A stretch of 64,000 bases of DNA, from NCBI GenBank assembly GCA_030390025.1, contig CM059429.1, positions 150,102,001 to 150,166,000 of the forward strand, read 5' to 3'. This DNA is from Squalus acanthias. Its lineage: Eukaryota. Below the pieces are notes generated by a model, which was not told the origin of the DNA, made no database searches, and saw only the letters and a list, made by a program, of their open reading frames with translations. The position numbers and the translations under genes are program-made. The first letter of the stretch is position 1, and each line of letters starts with the position of its first letter. This document shows positions 12,631-25,880 of the stretch, piece after piece.

Positions 12631-14392
12631 CCACTTATTTTTAGTATTTTTCAAAGCTGTTGAATAAGAGAAAAATATAATTATGTACAGATAAGTAAGT
12701 TAAAGGAGCAATTGCTGCAACATCTAATGCAAAACAGTTACATGTCCCAAATTCCCCACAGTAACTCCGCCCCCCCCCTCCCATTTTCTTCATACCATCA
12801 GAGGGTGGAGCAAACTGTATACCAGGTGCATCCTTACAGTGAGGGAAACAAGAAGCAGCAGAAAATGACCCTGTATCATTCTTGCATACCTCCCAGTTCA
12901 AATGTGAAATTGGCAGAGGCCTGGGAATAAGTCACCTACTTGCACTCATGAGGAGACTTAGAAAATAAGATAACTTCAAAATGGGAACAAAATAATGTAC
13001 TAATACACTCAGATGACAGCTGGACTATTTTAAAGCAGGGAGAAATTAGAAACAGAATATCTAAGCAATGCCAATCTTTCAAGGGAAAGAACGTCATGGA
13101 ACTCACAACTTCGCTGTCTATTTATTTCCAAGAGTGTATGTGCCCTGGTAGAATGTTATTATGTTTTTAAATGATCTCTGGAATGTTGGACATGGTTGGT
13201 GACTATTAAGTGAAATTTACATGTGTAAATTATTATTTCTGATTTTTGAATTATTGACCATTTGACCCATCAAATAAATAATTGCGAGCTGTAGAATGAA
13301 AAGGAAAGTAACCACTTTCTATAATTTGAGTATTTATGCAAATATGAGGATTAAAATGACTCAAATATTTTTGCCATTAATCATTCGGTGTAATAAGTTG
13401 TTGTGGTGGGTGGGGGGTGGGAGAGAGAGAATACTACCATTTTATCCCCATCACTAATTTGTAGAGGGCAGTATGTGTCCAAGGGTTTGGGATTAGATCT
13501 TTGGTTTCATAATTACCACTGAAAGATGTCTGTACTAGAAATGAGCTGCCATAAGCTTGTTCAAGGAAAAATCTGCTGGACCTTGTACCTTGATTTATGA
13601 TACTAATTTTTTCATGAGCACATATGCAGTACCAAAAACAGCAATTTAATAGAGCTAAAGTATTTTTAAAGCTATCGTACCACGCAGTGGCAGAAACAAC
13701 AAGGTCAAACTAAAAGCAGCTGAGAGTCTACTAACAACATCAGATCCGTTGATGACTAAGGTTTGCCTATCATCTTGAAATTCAGTGGGCTCGGAGCTAA
13801 TTCTATCTGTAGAATCTCACCAAATAATAGGTATATTTTTATACTGACAATAGAGAAGGTTGCTTGTTCAAATCCATTGCAGCTGTGTATTTATTTTGGC
13901 CTTGGATTGAAAACTCCAACAATGTAAATGCCTACAGATGGTCAATCTTTCAGTATACTTGAATAAATTGATTCACCATGAGCTAACAAATACAACCAAT
14001 GGTTCATTGTGTTGTTTTCATGTACTTATTATATTTGGATTGCTTGACTAAGATTTAAAAACACTCAAATTGGAATGCTTTTAGCTAGACATTTCTCTCG
14101 CCGATTACTTTACCTTAGAGGAAAATATTCAGGACTTTCTATTCCTTCAGGTTAATCTGTGACTGGGAATTTAATAAAAGGTTGCAATAGACCTAAACTT
14201 TGCTAATATTTCTATTTCCAATGATCCTGTTCACGTGAAGCTGATTTTTTTTTATTGATTAGATGAAATCTATTGAGAAATACGGGGAAAAAGTCAACTT
14301 TGGCCTTGTGTATCAGGCGGATACCAATAAATAAAAACAGAAAATGCTGGAGATACTCAGCAGGTCAGGCAGCATCTGTGAAGAGAGAAACA

Positions 14393-14430
14393 GAGCTAAC
14401 GTTTCAGGTCGATGACCCTTCGTCAGAAAC
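14393..14430 (-). ncRNA. Minimal type I hammerhead ribozyme motif
   Basis: Minus strand: ttCTGACGA agggtcatcgacct GAAAcgTTA gctctg, i.e. CUGANGA core, ggtc/gacc stem II, GAAA and palindromic AACGTT stem III. Confidence 0.8.
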
Positions 14431-14433
14431 GTT

Positions 14434-15262
14434 GGGCTCGAATTTCCAAGTCCCATGGAGGCGGGTTTGGAGGCTGAAGTGGTGGGAAAATTGCAGATTC
14501 GGGGGGCATGTACCCATCCCGCCTCCATGCCAATGTCCCAGGAGGCGGGTACCCGACCTGTGCTGGGAGCCGCCTCCCCGAGGCGGGAAGGGGATTAGTG
14601 CCAATTAACTGCCTGTTAACAGGTAGTTAACAGGCAGTTTTTTGGCTAATCCCTATTTTTAGCCCTGAAGTGTGGGCTGCCCGACAGCTCCAAACCACGC
14701 CAAGTTAGCGAGGCGGACCGTCTGCAGGGCTTGGAGGGGTCGAGATGTCCAGTGTACAGGTGAGTGATGGGTGCATGAGTGCAGAGGTAAGTGTGTTTGG
14801 TGTGTGTAAAGTGTTTTAATAAGTTTTACTTACCTTTACTTTCTCCTCCAGGCTTCCTGCCTTCAGTTCTCGGGAGTCCCTCAGCTCACCGGCACAAAAA
14901 GCAGAATGGCCGCTGAACTGTCAAAAGCTGCAGCCTCTGCTTTCTGGTCTGGAGAGCTCTCTAACTGAGTCTGAGTAGAAGGACTCAAGTTAGAAGACAG
15001 ATTGTCAGTGTTTGACAGCTTCACAGAGCTGTCAAATGCTGAAATTTCATCTGTCAAAAGCTCTTGACAGATGAAATGTCAATCGCTGACATCACCAGTA
15101 TCCAGGTGTCCCTTAATTGGCCTGCTAAGCCCGCTGGGCGGGCTTAACAAGGTCAATCAAGGGAAAGTAGCGTGGGTTGGCCACAAATCGATGGAGGCGG
15201 GACTACAACCCAAAAAGTGGGAGTCCCGCCTCCATCACGTCCCCATTGACAAAATCGAGCCC
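14434..15262. mobile_element. Harbinger-type MITE (GGAGGCGGG family)
   Basis: TIRs gggctcgaattt / aaaatcgagccc; TSD GTT. Confidence 0.9.
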
Positions 15263-16295
15263 GTTAACTCTGTTTCTCTCTTCACAGATGCTGCCTGACC
15301 TGCTGAGTATCTCCAGCATTTTCTGTTTTTATTTCAGATTTCCAGCATCTGCAGTATTTTCTTTTTGGATACCAATAAATCTTGGTGTATAGATGGTACC
15401 AGAAAATCTGTCTCCTGTTTTTTAAATAGCAAATTTCCCAGATTTTTTGAAAGTTTGCAGATTTTATAAAATTGATTTAATTAGCTTTGGGAATTTGCCA
15501 ACAAATTCCATGACCCTGGTCAATAACTAATTCCTTAAACTGGTTGCTAAAACTTCTAAACTGTCAAAAAAAATATGCTAATGGTAACAGTCAAGCACAT
15601 GGGGTGAGATAACCTATATTATTTTAGATGAACTATCAAAAATGTTCCTTTATTCACTATTGGATTTTTTTCGTCTTGATATCTTGTGACATTCCATATG
15701 GCTTGGCATCAAAATTGTTTTACTTGGCTACTAGAATTGCAATTTTGCTAAGCAGAAATTCTTTCCAGGCAAAAAAATGTTTTTCACGGTTGCGTGTACT
15801 ATTGTAGATAGACTTTGCCTGAGAATGAGACAGTACTATTGCTAGTGCAAATGTTTTCTATCTCCTCCTTTCTATTTTCCTTTTCCTTTTCTGTTTTGCA
15901 ATGGTATTAGCTATGGAGGTTCAGCAATTTTGGCAACATTATGTTGGCCCTGTGAGAGCTGACGTTCTAAACCCATATAAAGTGCTTTCTTGAAAACTAC
16001 GGTAAACATTTTATAAACAGTAATAAAATGAAAATATCTTTTTTTTGTGCAGTAAAGGCTGCCTATTCGTAAAGTTTGAATGATGATTCATGACATCTGC
16101 CATGCAATTTAGTGAGTTAATTTTCCAGTTCTAATTTGGTAAGGATAGAAATTAATTTTGAAATCACTTTGTGGTAGACAGGATCTTCTTCCCTTGTTTT
16201 AAAAAAAACACAAAAATGTTCAAAGGTTTTGGTCATCAGTGCAGAAATCTGGGAGGAGTTACTGAGATGTGTGATGAATTTAAATTAGTAAATAC

Positions 16296-16390
16296 AGTTA
16301 GTCAGTCAGTTAGTTAGTCTCCTGTCGCACATGAGGCAACCCATTTCTTCCACTGCTGTCTGTCCAGAGCAAGATATTTGACTCCATCGC
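16296..16390 (-). mobile_element. RTE-type LINE 3' end fragment
   Basis: Minus strand ALDRQQWKKWVASCA (RTE ORF C-terminal pattern) followed by an (acta/actg)n microsatellite tail. Confidence 0.5.
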
Positions 16391-18548
16391 AGTATTGTCT
16401 TGACTTATGCCAGCATTGTTTACTGGGCCATAGGAGCATGCAAGGCTTCCCACCACGTCAATAATGCAGTCCCTAGGGAAGGAGTAGATACAAGAGTAAG
16501 AGCGTGCTTAAAGAATCTTGCCATTTCAGTTGTGCAGACTAATTCCAGCTCACATGCGCTGTTGGATTTAGTAACCCACAGGTGTAATTACTGAGGAACG
16601 TGTGCTACTCCTCCCCCACCAAACATTTTTTGGCTTGGGTTATTTCCCCGTATTGCACACACCCACTCACGATCCTGGAATTTCCTCCCTCAACTTTTTA
16701 CACATGGTTATGTGTTTTCAGCAGCCTTCTTCCAGCCACCAATTTCTTCCCTGTCCCAACCCCTAGTTCTCCTTTATTTGATGTATTTTTGTTATATTGA
16801 TTTTTTTCAGACCTTTCTTTTAAAGAATCGTAATTGCTTTTTGAACCTGCTTGATATTTAAATGCGGTGCTGCTAGTAATACAATATTCCGTCTTTCAAA
16901 CATAGGCTGCTATTGGTAAATCAGCGAAAAGGAATCCTGTCTTCAAAAGAAAATAATGAAGCACTCACAACGATTGAGTCATCCTAATTCCTCCATTTTC
17001 ACTTGACATAATGTGAAAACCTTTGAAAAAAATGTTTTGAAGTCCAGTATTAATGGTAGTTATGACCCTCAGAAAATATAATGACTATCCGATATCCTTA
17101 TTTTAAATTAAACATCAGTCTGTTAATAATTTGATAGCGGACAATCTGTCAGTAAAGAATTGGTTCCACCACGCTGACTTTCTTATAATATTCTATAAAA
17201 ACAATTTTTTTTATTCCCGTGAGCGTACCTAAAGGATTAGTCAATTAAGTCAATCAACAGTAAAATTCCAACTTAAAACCTCTTCTGCTGAAATTACATT
17301 TGACATGTTCAATTGCTAATACTAATGGAGAGTAAAAGTGAACCACTTTTCTCAGACTTGTTACAGTGATTATACTTAGAATTAGTTTTGATTTTAACCC
17401 TTTAACCATCCCTGTAATACGTGCACCTTTTCAAAATGTCTTCTTAATTTACTTTAAAATACTTTGCTTTGTAATTTGCGTTTTTTTACAAAAAATTACA
17501 GCAATGTACTGAATTATTGTGTGAAGTTAGTTGCAAGAAAATTCATTATTAAAGGAAAAAAATTAAAGTGGTTAATAATACCAAATGTTTTAAAATGTTA
17601 TTTTTTAAATCCACAGATGCAGCAGTTACAGTAGTGATTTATTTTTGGGATTCTGATCATCATTAAGCATGAATTAAGTTAGAATTATTGCTTTTATAAT
17701 GGCTTAAAAGTATAAATTTTAATACAAGTGCAGTTGTTTGGGTATTAAGAGGAGCGTAATGTTTAAGTATTTAAGAGATAACTTTCTGGAATGATGGATT
17801 TAAAGGCAATTTTGATACTTTTGTGGTCTTCGCTGCTACATTTACTAGTGAGTGAGCTGTTAACACTTAATATTTAAACCCACCAACAGAAATGAAGCCA
17901 TTGCCTGTGCTAATTTGTGACTTCTGGCATTCCAGTGGCAAAGAAGGAGCATTGGTGAATTGACATTGTTTGTTTCAGTGAGGCACTGGTCAATTTAAAC
18001 ATGCTTTTCTCTGGCAGCAAAATGGCAATGCCTACAAGCGAGGACCATCAAAAGGCCTCAGGAATCATTACCAGAAAATGTAGCAATGTTCCCAAAGTTG
18101 TGGATAGCGTAGAAGGCTGCAGGAAAATTTATTAATGACTTAAATATGCAGCAAAATTTAAAACAATGAAGAAATTTTGCAGAAGACAAATCCAGCTAAG
18201 TGGCCTCATAAGTATTGGGGTAGATTTTTACAAATTAGTGCTTCTGGCACAAAGCTTTCTGCAACAGGAGCACAGATTGTAAATTTTCATGTGCAGGTCA
18301 GCACTTCCTGCACAATTTCCCACCCATTCATTTGTTCAGGTTTCCACCCTTGCATTATAAATTTTACGTTGGAGCACTAATTTGAAAAATCTGCTTCATT
18401 GCAACTTTGGCCATAATCAATAACTAAGTTCTGCAAATCTTATGAGGGAATCAGCACATACTCAGAGTCCTTCAATTCAAGTAAGTGTATTCTACTTTTT
18501 AATAGTTGCATGCAATGTTCACAATGTTTTCTATAATAATGCTTATTA

Positions 18549-18974
18549 AATAGGAACAGGAGTAGGCCATTCAGCCCCTCGAGCCTGTTCCATCATTGAA
18601 TTCGATCATGACTGATCTGTATCTTAACTCCATCTACCCGCCTCGGTTCTGTAACCCTTCATACCCTTGCTTAACAAAAACCTATTAATCTCAGTTTTGA
18701 AAGTTTCAATTGACCCCCCTAGCCTCAACAGCTTTTTGGGGGAGAGAGGTCCAGATTCCCACTACTCTTTGTGTGAAGTGCTTCCTGACATCACCCCCTG
18801 AACGGCCTAGCTCTAATTTAAAGGTTATGCCCCCTTAGGAAATAGTTTCTCTCTATCTACCCTATCAAATCCTTTAATCATCTTGAACACCTCAGTTAGA
18901 CTACCCCTTGATCTTCTATACTCATGGGGAAACAAGCCTAGTCTATGCAACCTGACCTCATAATTTAGCCCTTT
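18549..18974 (-). mobile_element. CR1 LINE 3' fragment
   Basis: Homologous to 1590-2040 (aggccattcagcccctcgagcctg...). Confidence 0.85.
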
Positions 18975-19221
18975 TAGTCATATTTCCTTGCTGTGGTTCG
19001 TGTAATCAGATTAATTATTGGCTTTCTGTTTTCTGCAGCAGGTTTATTGTAAAGAATGCGAAGTTCATATAAATCTAACGTCAATTGGTGAAAATACCGT
19101 GTTAGTGGTTCCACAGAAGTTTTTATATATACCGCACTTGGAGTTGCATTATAAGCCTGACAGCATTTTGAAAGTAGACAGCAAAGAGAAGTAGGACGAC
19201 AGTGAAACACTTGGCAAGGGG

Positions 19222-19969
19222 ATGATGGTGAGAGATTGCAGAGCTCTGAAATGCAGAGGCATTTGGGTGTCCTAGTGCATGAATTGCAAAAGGTTAGTAT
19301 GCAGGTACAGCAAGTAATTAGGAAAGCTAATAGAATGTTATTGTTTATTGCGAGGGGAATTGAATACAAAAGTAGGGAGGTTATGCTTCAGTTATACAGG
19401 GCATTGGTGAGACCATCTGGAGTACTGTGTACAGTATTGGGCTCCTTATTTAAGGAAGGATGTAAATGCGTTGGAAGCAGTTCAGAGAAGGTTTACTAGA
19501 CTAATACCTGGAATGGGCGGGTTGTCTTATGAGGAAAGGTTGGACAGGCTAGGCTTCTATCCACTGGAGTTTAGAAGAGTAAGAGGTGACTTGATTGAAA
19601 CATATAAGATCCTGAGGGGTCTTGACAGGGTGGATGTGGAGAGGATGTTTCCTCTTGTGGGAGAATCTAGAACTAAGGGTCGCTGTTTAAAAATAAGGGG
19701 TCGCCCATTTAAGACAGAGATGAGGAGAAATTTTTTCTCATAGAGGGTCATGAGTCTTTGGAATTCTCTTCCTCAGAGGGCGGTGGAAGCAGAGTCTTTG
19801 AATATTTTTAAGGCAGAGGTAGATAGATTCTTGATAAGCAAGGGGGTGAAAGGTTATCGGGGATAGGCGGGAATGTGGAGTAATCAGATCAGCCATGATC
19901 TTATTGAATGGCGGAGCAGGCTCGAGGGGCCGAGTGGCCTACTCCTGCTCCTAATTCGTATGTTCGATG
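19222..19969 (+). mobile_element. CR1 LINE 3' fragment
   Basis: ORF pieces KVSMQVQQVIRKAN..., [13 protein letters not shown]...; 3' end ggctcgaggggccgagtggcctactcctgctcc plus tail. Confidence 0.92.
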
Positions 19970-19976
19970 CCACAGT

Positions 19977-21885
19977 CATAGGAACACAGAAACAGAAGTA
20001 GACCATTCAGCCTCTCAAGCCTGTTCCACCACTCAGTCAAATCATAGCTGATCTGTAATTGGTTTACCCGCCTTTAAATCCATATCTCTGATGCCCTGAC
20101 CTAACAAAAATCTATCAATCTCAGCCTTGAAAATTTTAATTGACCCAGAATCCACAGCCTTTTATAGGAGAGAGTTCGGATTTCCACTACCCATTGTGTG
20201 AAAAGTGCTTCCTGATTTCACATCTAAATTGCCTAGCTCTAATTTTAAGATTGTGCCCCCTTCCCCCTTGCTCTGGATTCCCCACCAGAGGAAATAGTTT
20301 CTCTGTGTGTACCCTATCAAATTCCCTTATCATTTTTAAACACCACAATTAGATCACCTCTCAAACCTCTAAACTTAAGGGAATACAAGCCAAGTTTATG
20401 CAACCTGTCTTCGTAATTTAACCCTTTAAACCCCAGTATAAATCTGCGCTGTACCCCTTCCAAGGCCGATATATCCTTCCTGAGGGTCGGTGCCCAAAAC
20501 TGAATGCAGTAGTCTTGATGTGGTCTGAACAAAGCTCCACAACTGAAGCATAACTTCCTCCCCTTTGTATTCCAGTCCTCTTAAGATAAAGACCATCATT
20601 CCATTAACACTTTTGATTACTTTTTGTACCTGTGCACTAGATTTTAGTGATTTGTGTACATGGAGACCTAAATCACTTTGCTCCATCACAGCTCCTAGTC
20701 TCTCACCATTAAGAAAATATTCTGATTTGTCTTTCTCCGATCCAACGTGGACACCTTCACACTTTCTCACTTTAAACTTCATCTGCTACTGTTCGGCACA
20801 CTCACATAATTTCTCTATACCCCTTTGCAACTTCCTGCTCCTATCTACACAACTTTCTGTGACTCCTAACTTAGTGTCGTCTGCAAACTTGGATATACAA
20901 CTCCCTTTTCTTTCAAACAATTCATTTTTAAATGCTAGAAAGCTGGGGCCCTAGTACATATCCCTGGGGAACACCACTTCCTCATCCCACCAATCCAAGA
21001 TTATTCCCAGTATCCCTACACTCTGGGCGCGATCTTGCCAGCCCTGGGGAGGCGGGTATGGAGGTGGGACTGCCGGGAAAATGGCAGAATTTGGGGGCGT
21101 GTGCCCAACCCGCTCCCAACCCGCCTCCGTGCCATCTTGCCAGGAGGCGGGTATCCGTCCCGCGCCGGGTCCCGTCTCCTTGGAGGCGGGAAGGGATTAC
21201 AGCCACTTAACTGCCTGTTAACAGGTAGTTAACAGGCAGAAAATAGGCTTATCACCATTTTGCCCACACAAGTGCGGGCTTCCCGAAGGCTCCGAACCCC
21301 GCCAGGGTCACCGAGGTGAGTAGTGGGTCTGCAGGGGTCGGAGGGATGCAAAAGTGCACTGTGAAGGTAAGTGATGGGTGCAAGTGTGGAGAGGTGAGTA
21401 TCTGAGGTAAGTGGAAAGTGTTAGAAAAAGTGTACTTACCTTTGTTTCTTCCTGCAGGCTTCAATCGGTGGGTATGCGGAGAGTCTCGCACCTCCACAAT
21501 AGAGATGACAGATGGCCGTTGCATTTTCCAATGCAACAACCATCTCACTTCTGCAAAAGAAAGAGGTTTGATGAGGTCTTGAATTCAAGACCTCATCAAA
21601 CGACAGAGAATGTCACTGTTTGAAACGATGACAATTCATCTGTCAAAAATTTTTGACCGATGAAACGTCATGCGTTGACGTTCTCCGCAACCGGCTTTCC
21701 CTTAATTGGCCTGCTAAGCCCGCTGGGCGGACTTAAGAAGGTCAATCAAGGGAAAATAGCGTGGGTTGGCCAGAAGTCGATGGAGGCGGGACTAAAACCC
21801 GACAATTGGGAGTCCCGCCTCCAAAAGCTCCCCATTGGCAAAATCACCCCCATTGTCTCCTACCTCTCAACCAATTAGCAACACT
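19977..21885 (-). mobile_element. Older CR1 LINE fragment interrupted by a MITE
   Basis: ORF pieces KFADDTKLG, YCIQFWAP, VQRRF; tail at about 19977. Confidence 0.85.
21025..21851. mobile_element. Harbinger-type MITE (GGAGGCGGG family)
   Basis: Ends gggcgcgatctt / aaaatcaccccc; contains a perfect 36-bp palindrome at 21566-21601. Confidence 0.9.
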
Positions 21886-23317
21886 GGAGAAGGGATCCAC
21901 AGTCCAGCCTTTGTACACTACTATCAAGAGAACTTCACAATCGTAGCAACATCTCCCATAAAGCAATCTTTGAATAGTACCACATAAGTTAGAAAGCCTA
22001 ATGATATGGGCATATTGCCTTATCAGCTGCAGAAGGCGGTGCAGATGCTTCAGCAACCCATACTCAAGGTGCATTGGAGATGAGCATCAGCCAGACAAAA
22101 ATGTGCATGACACTGGGCAATCTGGTTTCATCAAGATATACAGAAACTTCACAATACTGCTTAACAATACACAGTTTGCCTGGGTGCACCAACAAAGCTG
22201 GTTGGTAATCTGCTCAACACGCTGACCGGAAGTTAACAAACCTCCCTCCTGCAGTTCCAGCACACTGCATGTATTACAAATAGCTTCATTGGACATATTA
22301 GAATAAGTAGTAATGTTAGAAAAATATTAGCAGTGCTTCATGATTTATCAAAATGCAGCAGTAAATTTTAAACAGTCATATTGGTTACATATATAAAAAA
22401 CATTAAATGTGTTACCTCGAGTCTTTTGGCAGTAATAGAACCTGGTCCAGCTGTGACTCATAGTGCTAGTTGCATAAGAGTTTTGAAATGTCAGAATGTG
22501 TAGAGCTACTTCACTGAATTGGATCTGCAGCCTAATAACTGGCTAAATTAGTGTTCTTAGTTCGCTGATGGTAATCATTTACTGCTGTGTTAAACCTATC
22601 CTGGAATGCACAGAGGGGTGTAAATACAGCTCACAGTGCCCTTAAAGCCAAGATTGCAATATTCTTCCTGGCGGTAAGTCGATGGCAAAATTACACACAG
22701 TTTGAATATTTTCCCCTATATTTTAGTTTGTTCTTCAGATGTGCTATTTGTTCTAATTACAATGGGACTGCAGTAATTAGAAAGTACTGTAGTGTGTAGT
22801 CCCTTAGTAATATTGGGACTACAGCATTTTCTTATTAAATGTAATAAATCTGGTGGATAAGTGATCTGGGGAGCAGTTTGTTTTTGCTAAAATTAACTCC
22901 ACCTTGTAGGCTTTGTGATGCATTTGCCTTTTCAAACATGAAGGTTATATGGTTTAATATTAATAGAAAGTTTCAATAGTTTTCCTCAAATTCACATTCC
23001 AAAATAACCTGTTTACATTACATTAAGATTCCTAAAATTCATTTTCTGTAAGATCCTATGTCACGTAGTATTACAACAGCAATAGAAAACAACATCTAAG
23101 AAATCACTTCATAATTAATAATGGAAAATTACTGAAAAGCACTACTTATCCAATATATATATGATAATACTGAATATCTCTCTGAGTTTAACAGCTTGTT
23201 TATATTGAAGCTTAAAGAAGTGATTTTTCCTGTGCTGACTCCCAGTCCTGCTGTGAATGCTGTTGAAATTGCCCTGCTTATATTCAGGGATGTTTTACAA
23301 CAGCCAGACTGAATTTA

Positions 23318-23542
23318 AAACAAAAACAGAAAATGCTGGTAACACACAGTTGGTTAACCAGCATCTGCGGAGAGAATAGACAAATGAGCATTTCAGGCAC
23401 ACAGCCCTGGGTTCTGATCAAGGGCTATGTGCCTGAAATATCGATCTGTCTTTTCTCCTTACAGATGCTGACTGACCTGAATGTTTCAAGCATTTCCTGT
23501 TTATTCTTCAGATTTCCAGTATTTGCAGTTTTATGCTTTTTA
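23318..23542. mobile_element. Degenerate Penelope-derived fold-back element (decayed hammerhead)
   Basis: Same family as 14332-15366; centre ttCTGATCA agggctatgtgcct GAAA. Confidence 0.75.
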
Positions 23543-24054
23543 TTTTAAATTCAGAAATATTATGTGCCACACATGATCTAAGCATGATGGCAACCAAGAT
23601 ATCCTCTTTTTTCATGTCACAGTTCACAGACTACTTTTTAAAAAATCAGTGTTATCATTCCATATATCCACACTGAATTAAATGAGGGGGTTTCCATTAA
23701 AAGCAGGCAATATCAGTATTTTCCTATCTACTTCTTCTATTTCACAAATAATCGTATTCACGCTACAAATGCATTGATAATTCGATAAGCATGAAACTAT
23801 AGGTGTGATTTTCATATGTGGCGCATGTTGGACAGGTGATGAGCATGGCGTGTACTCTGCTCACCCATCCTATGGAGTAGGATGGGGGGGTTGTGCCATT
23901 TTCGTGGCCAGGCCTAACTTAAATGAAATCAGCAAGCTGCCAGCGCTAATCGGGTTCCCTTGAGGTAGCTCGGCGATTGGGAGGTGGGGAAATCCGGCAG
24001 GGTGGCCACTATATAAAGTCGGGATGCAGCACCTTTCAGTGGTGGATTATGTAC

Positions 24055-25880
24055 AATGACATACTGGAGCAGCAGGCAGCACCACTTCAACCAGGGCCTC
24101 CTAATTCTCTGATGCAATGCTGGAGGTGTTCATAGACCAAGTCGGCAGCAGGATGGAGGTCTTCTTCCGCTCTGATGGGCGTCGGGTGCCCAGGCACATT
24201 TGCCAATAACAATGGAGCGAGGTAGCAGAGCACATTAATGCCACAAGCATTGCTCCCAGGACCTGACTGCATCACAGGAAAAAATGTAATGACCTCATCA
24301 AGACTATCAAGGAAAGACTTCAGATCTCTCTTATTCTCGGCACAGCTCTGCAACACTAAACCTTTGCCTCAGCACCATTAATCTTTTCTACCCCAGATTC
24401 CCATGCCTCCTCCAATAATGGAGCACTTCACTGCACCTCCTCTGCTTGCACTTACACCTGTTACTGCCCTCACAGCTACATCTCCCACTTGCCGCTTCTT
24501 CCTCCCATCATGCATATTATGCTAAGCTGCCGCGTACATCTTGAAAACCCTTCAATAGGACACAGACTAACCCACTTCTACTCTTCATGTAGGAGAAGCA
24601 GCTATATGACAGACGGACGAATACAAGAGCAGGAGGAGCTCCTGCCTCTATATAGACAATGACGCCAAGAGAGGAAGCTGCAATCAACATCATTGGAAGA
24701 GAAAGGGCACACGGCATTGGAGATGGCCAGGCTGGAGCCATGCAGAGCAAAGTATTTAGGCATCTTCCCTTTTCTCTCACTTTAACTCTCTCACTCATAC
24801 GGTTAGCAGGACAACCTGGTAGTGTATTGCACTGCCACTCATCTGCTACTGCTTACCCTTGCCACTGTGTGTTAACTTCTGTCCCTCCCTTCCTTTCCTA
24901 GGTCCATCAGACATCTCAGGCCTTGCAGGTGCACACACTGAGGGGGGAGAACCTTCTCGAAGATATAGCATCACTTGCTCTTACCTTCCAAATACCAGCA
25001 CAGAAATCAATAACATGCGTGGTATAGACCATGAGAGAGAGGGATCGGCACTGGATGATTCACCAAGCACAAGTGAGCAGGAGCAGATGCAGCTGGACAG
25101 AAAACAGTTTACCAGAGGTTCAACACACATCCTAGCTGTGCTGAAGTGTACCAAGATGCAGACTTTAGGGGCTCAGCTTTTAAAAGAAAGATGCTTTCTA
25201 TGGACCAGCATTTGCCAAATGCATTGGGCTGTCTGCCAGGGAGCTTCCATGACATGTCTGAGAGTATGGAGGAGTCTACTCACAACTTGTGTGGGGTTCT
25301 GGTTCATGCCATTGAAACTCTCAAAAAAACATGTAGCATGTGGCCACCTCAGTGGACACTGCCACTGTGCTCGTCCTGCAGGAATCTGTGACCAATAATA
25401 GCATCTCTCAGGGATGCTCATACAAGGGCCATGCAGGCTCTGGACTCAACTACCTCCTCCGCCTTGAACAGATTGGTAGACTGATTGCATACGGGTTTTA
25501 GTCAGACTATGAATCTCATACAGTCAGCTCTCCTGCAGAACAGGAGAGGCGCAGCCTGGTAACGGGCAGTTGTGGAATGGAACATGACAGGACGTCTAGA
25601 TCCTTGGGATGACAGGATGTCTAGATCCTCGTGACCCCCTCTCAATCAGTGCCCACCTTGGTGCTAGAAAGCCAGCTGGGCCTGACTGCTCTGGCAGAGG
25701 CTGAATTTTTCTGTCTGCAGCCAGGCCCTCTTGGCCCGGTCTCCTACAGCTTGCCAATATCTCAAGCGCCCTGGACAGCCATAGAGGCCTTTCACCTCCC
25801 ATACTGCAGCCATTGGGGGACCACCTTGTGTAGGAGCACTAGAGTAGGTGAGAGAGCACTTAAGACAGACACCCTGGTGA
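24055..25880 (+). pseudogene. Harbinger Myb/SANT-like DNA-binding protein relic
   Basis: FSDAMLEVFIDQV...FFRSDGRR...QQWSEVAEHINATSIAPRT*..RKKCNDL; later exons homologous to the 29683-32180 gene; stops and frameshifts. Confidence 0.7.

Larger units (their letters stand above)
14332..15366. mobile_element. Short Penelope-derived fold-back element with hammerhead motif, split by a MITE
   Basis: Inverted arms (aaaacagaaaatgctggagatactcagcaggtcaggcagcatctgtg... / reverse complement), a tail of about 30 nt, and a flanking direct repeat ggataccaataaat (14 bp). Confidence 0.85.

Noticed and set aside
8500-16100. Possible MALAT1/NEAT1-like lncRNA downstream of the candidate promoter
   Set aside because: No U-rich/A-rich triple-helix element or adjacent tRNA-like structure was found.
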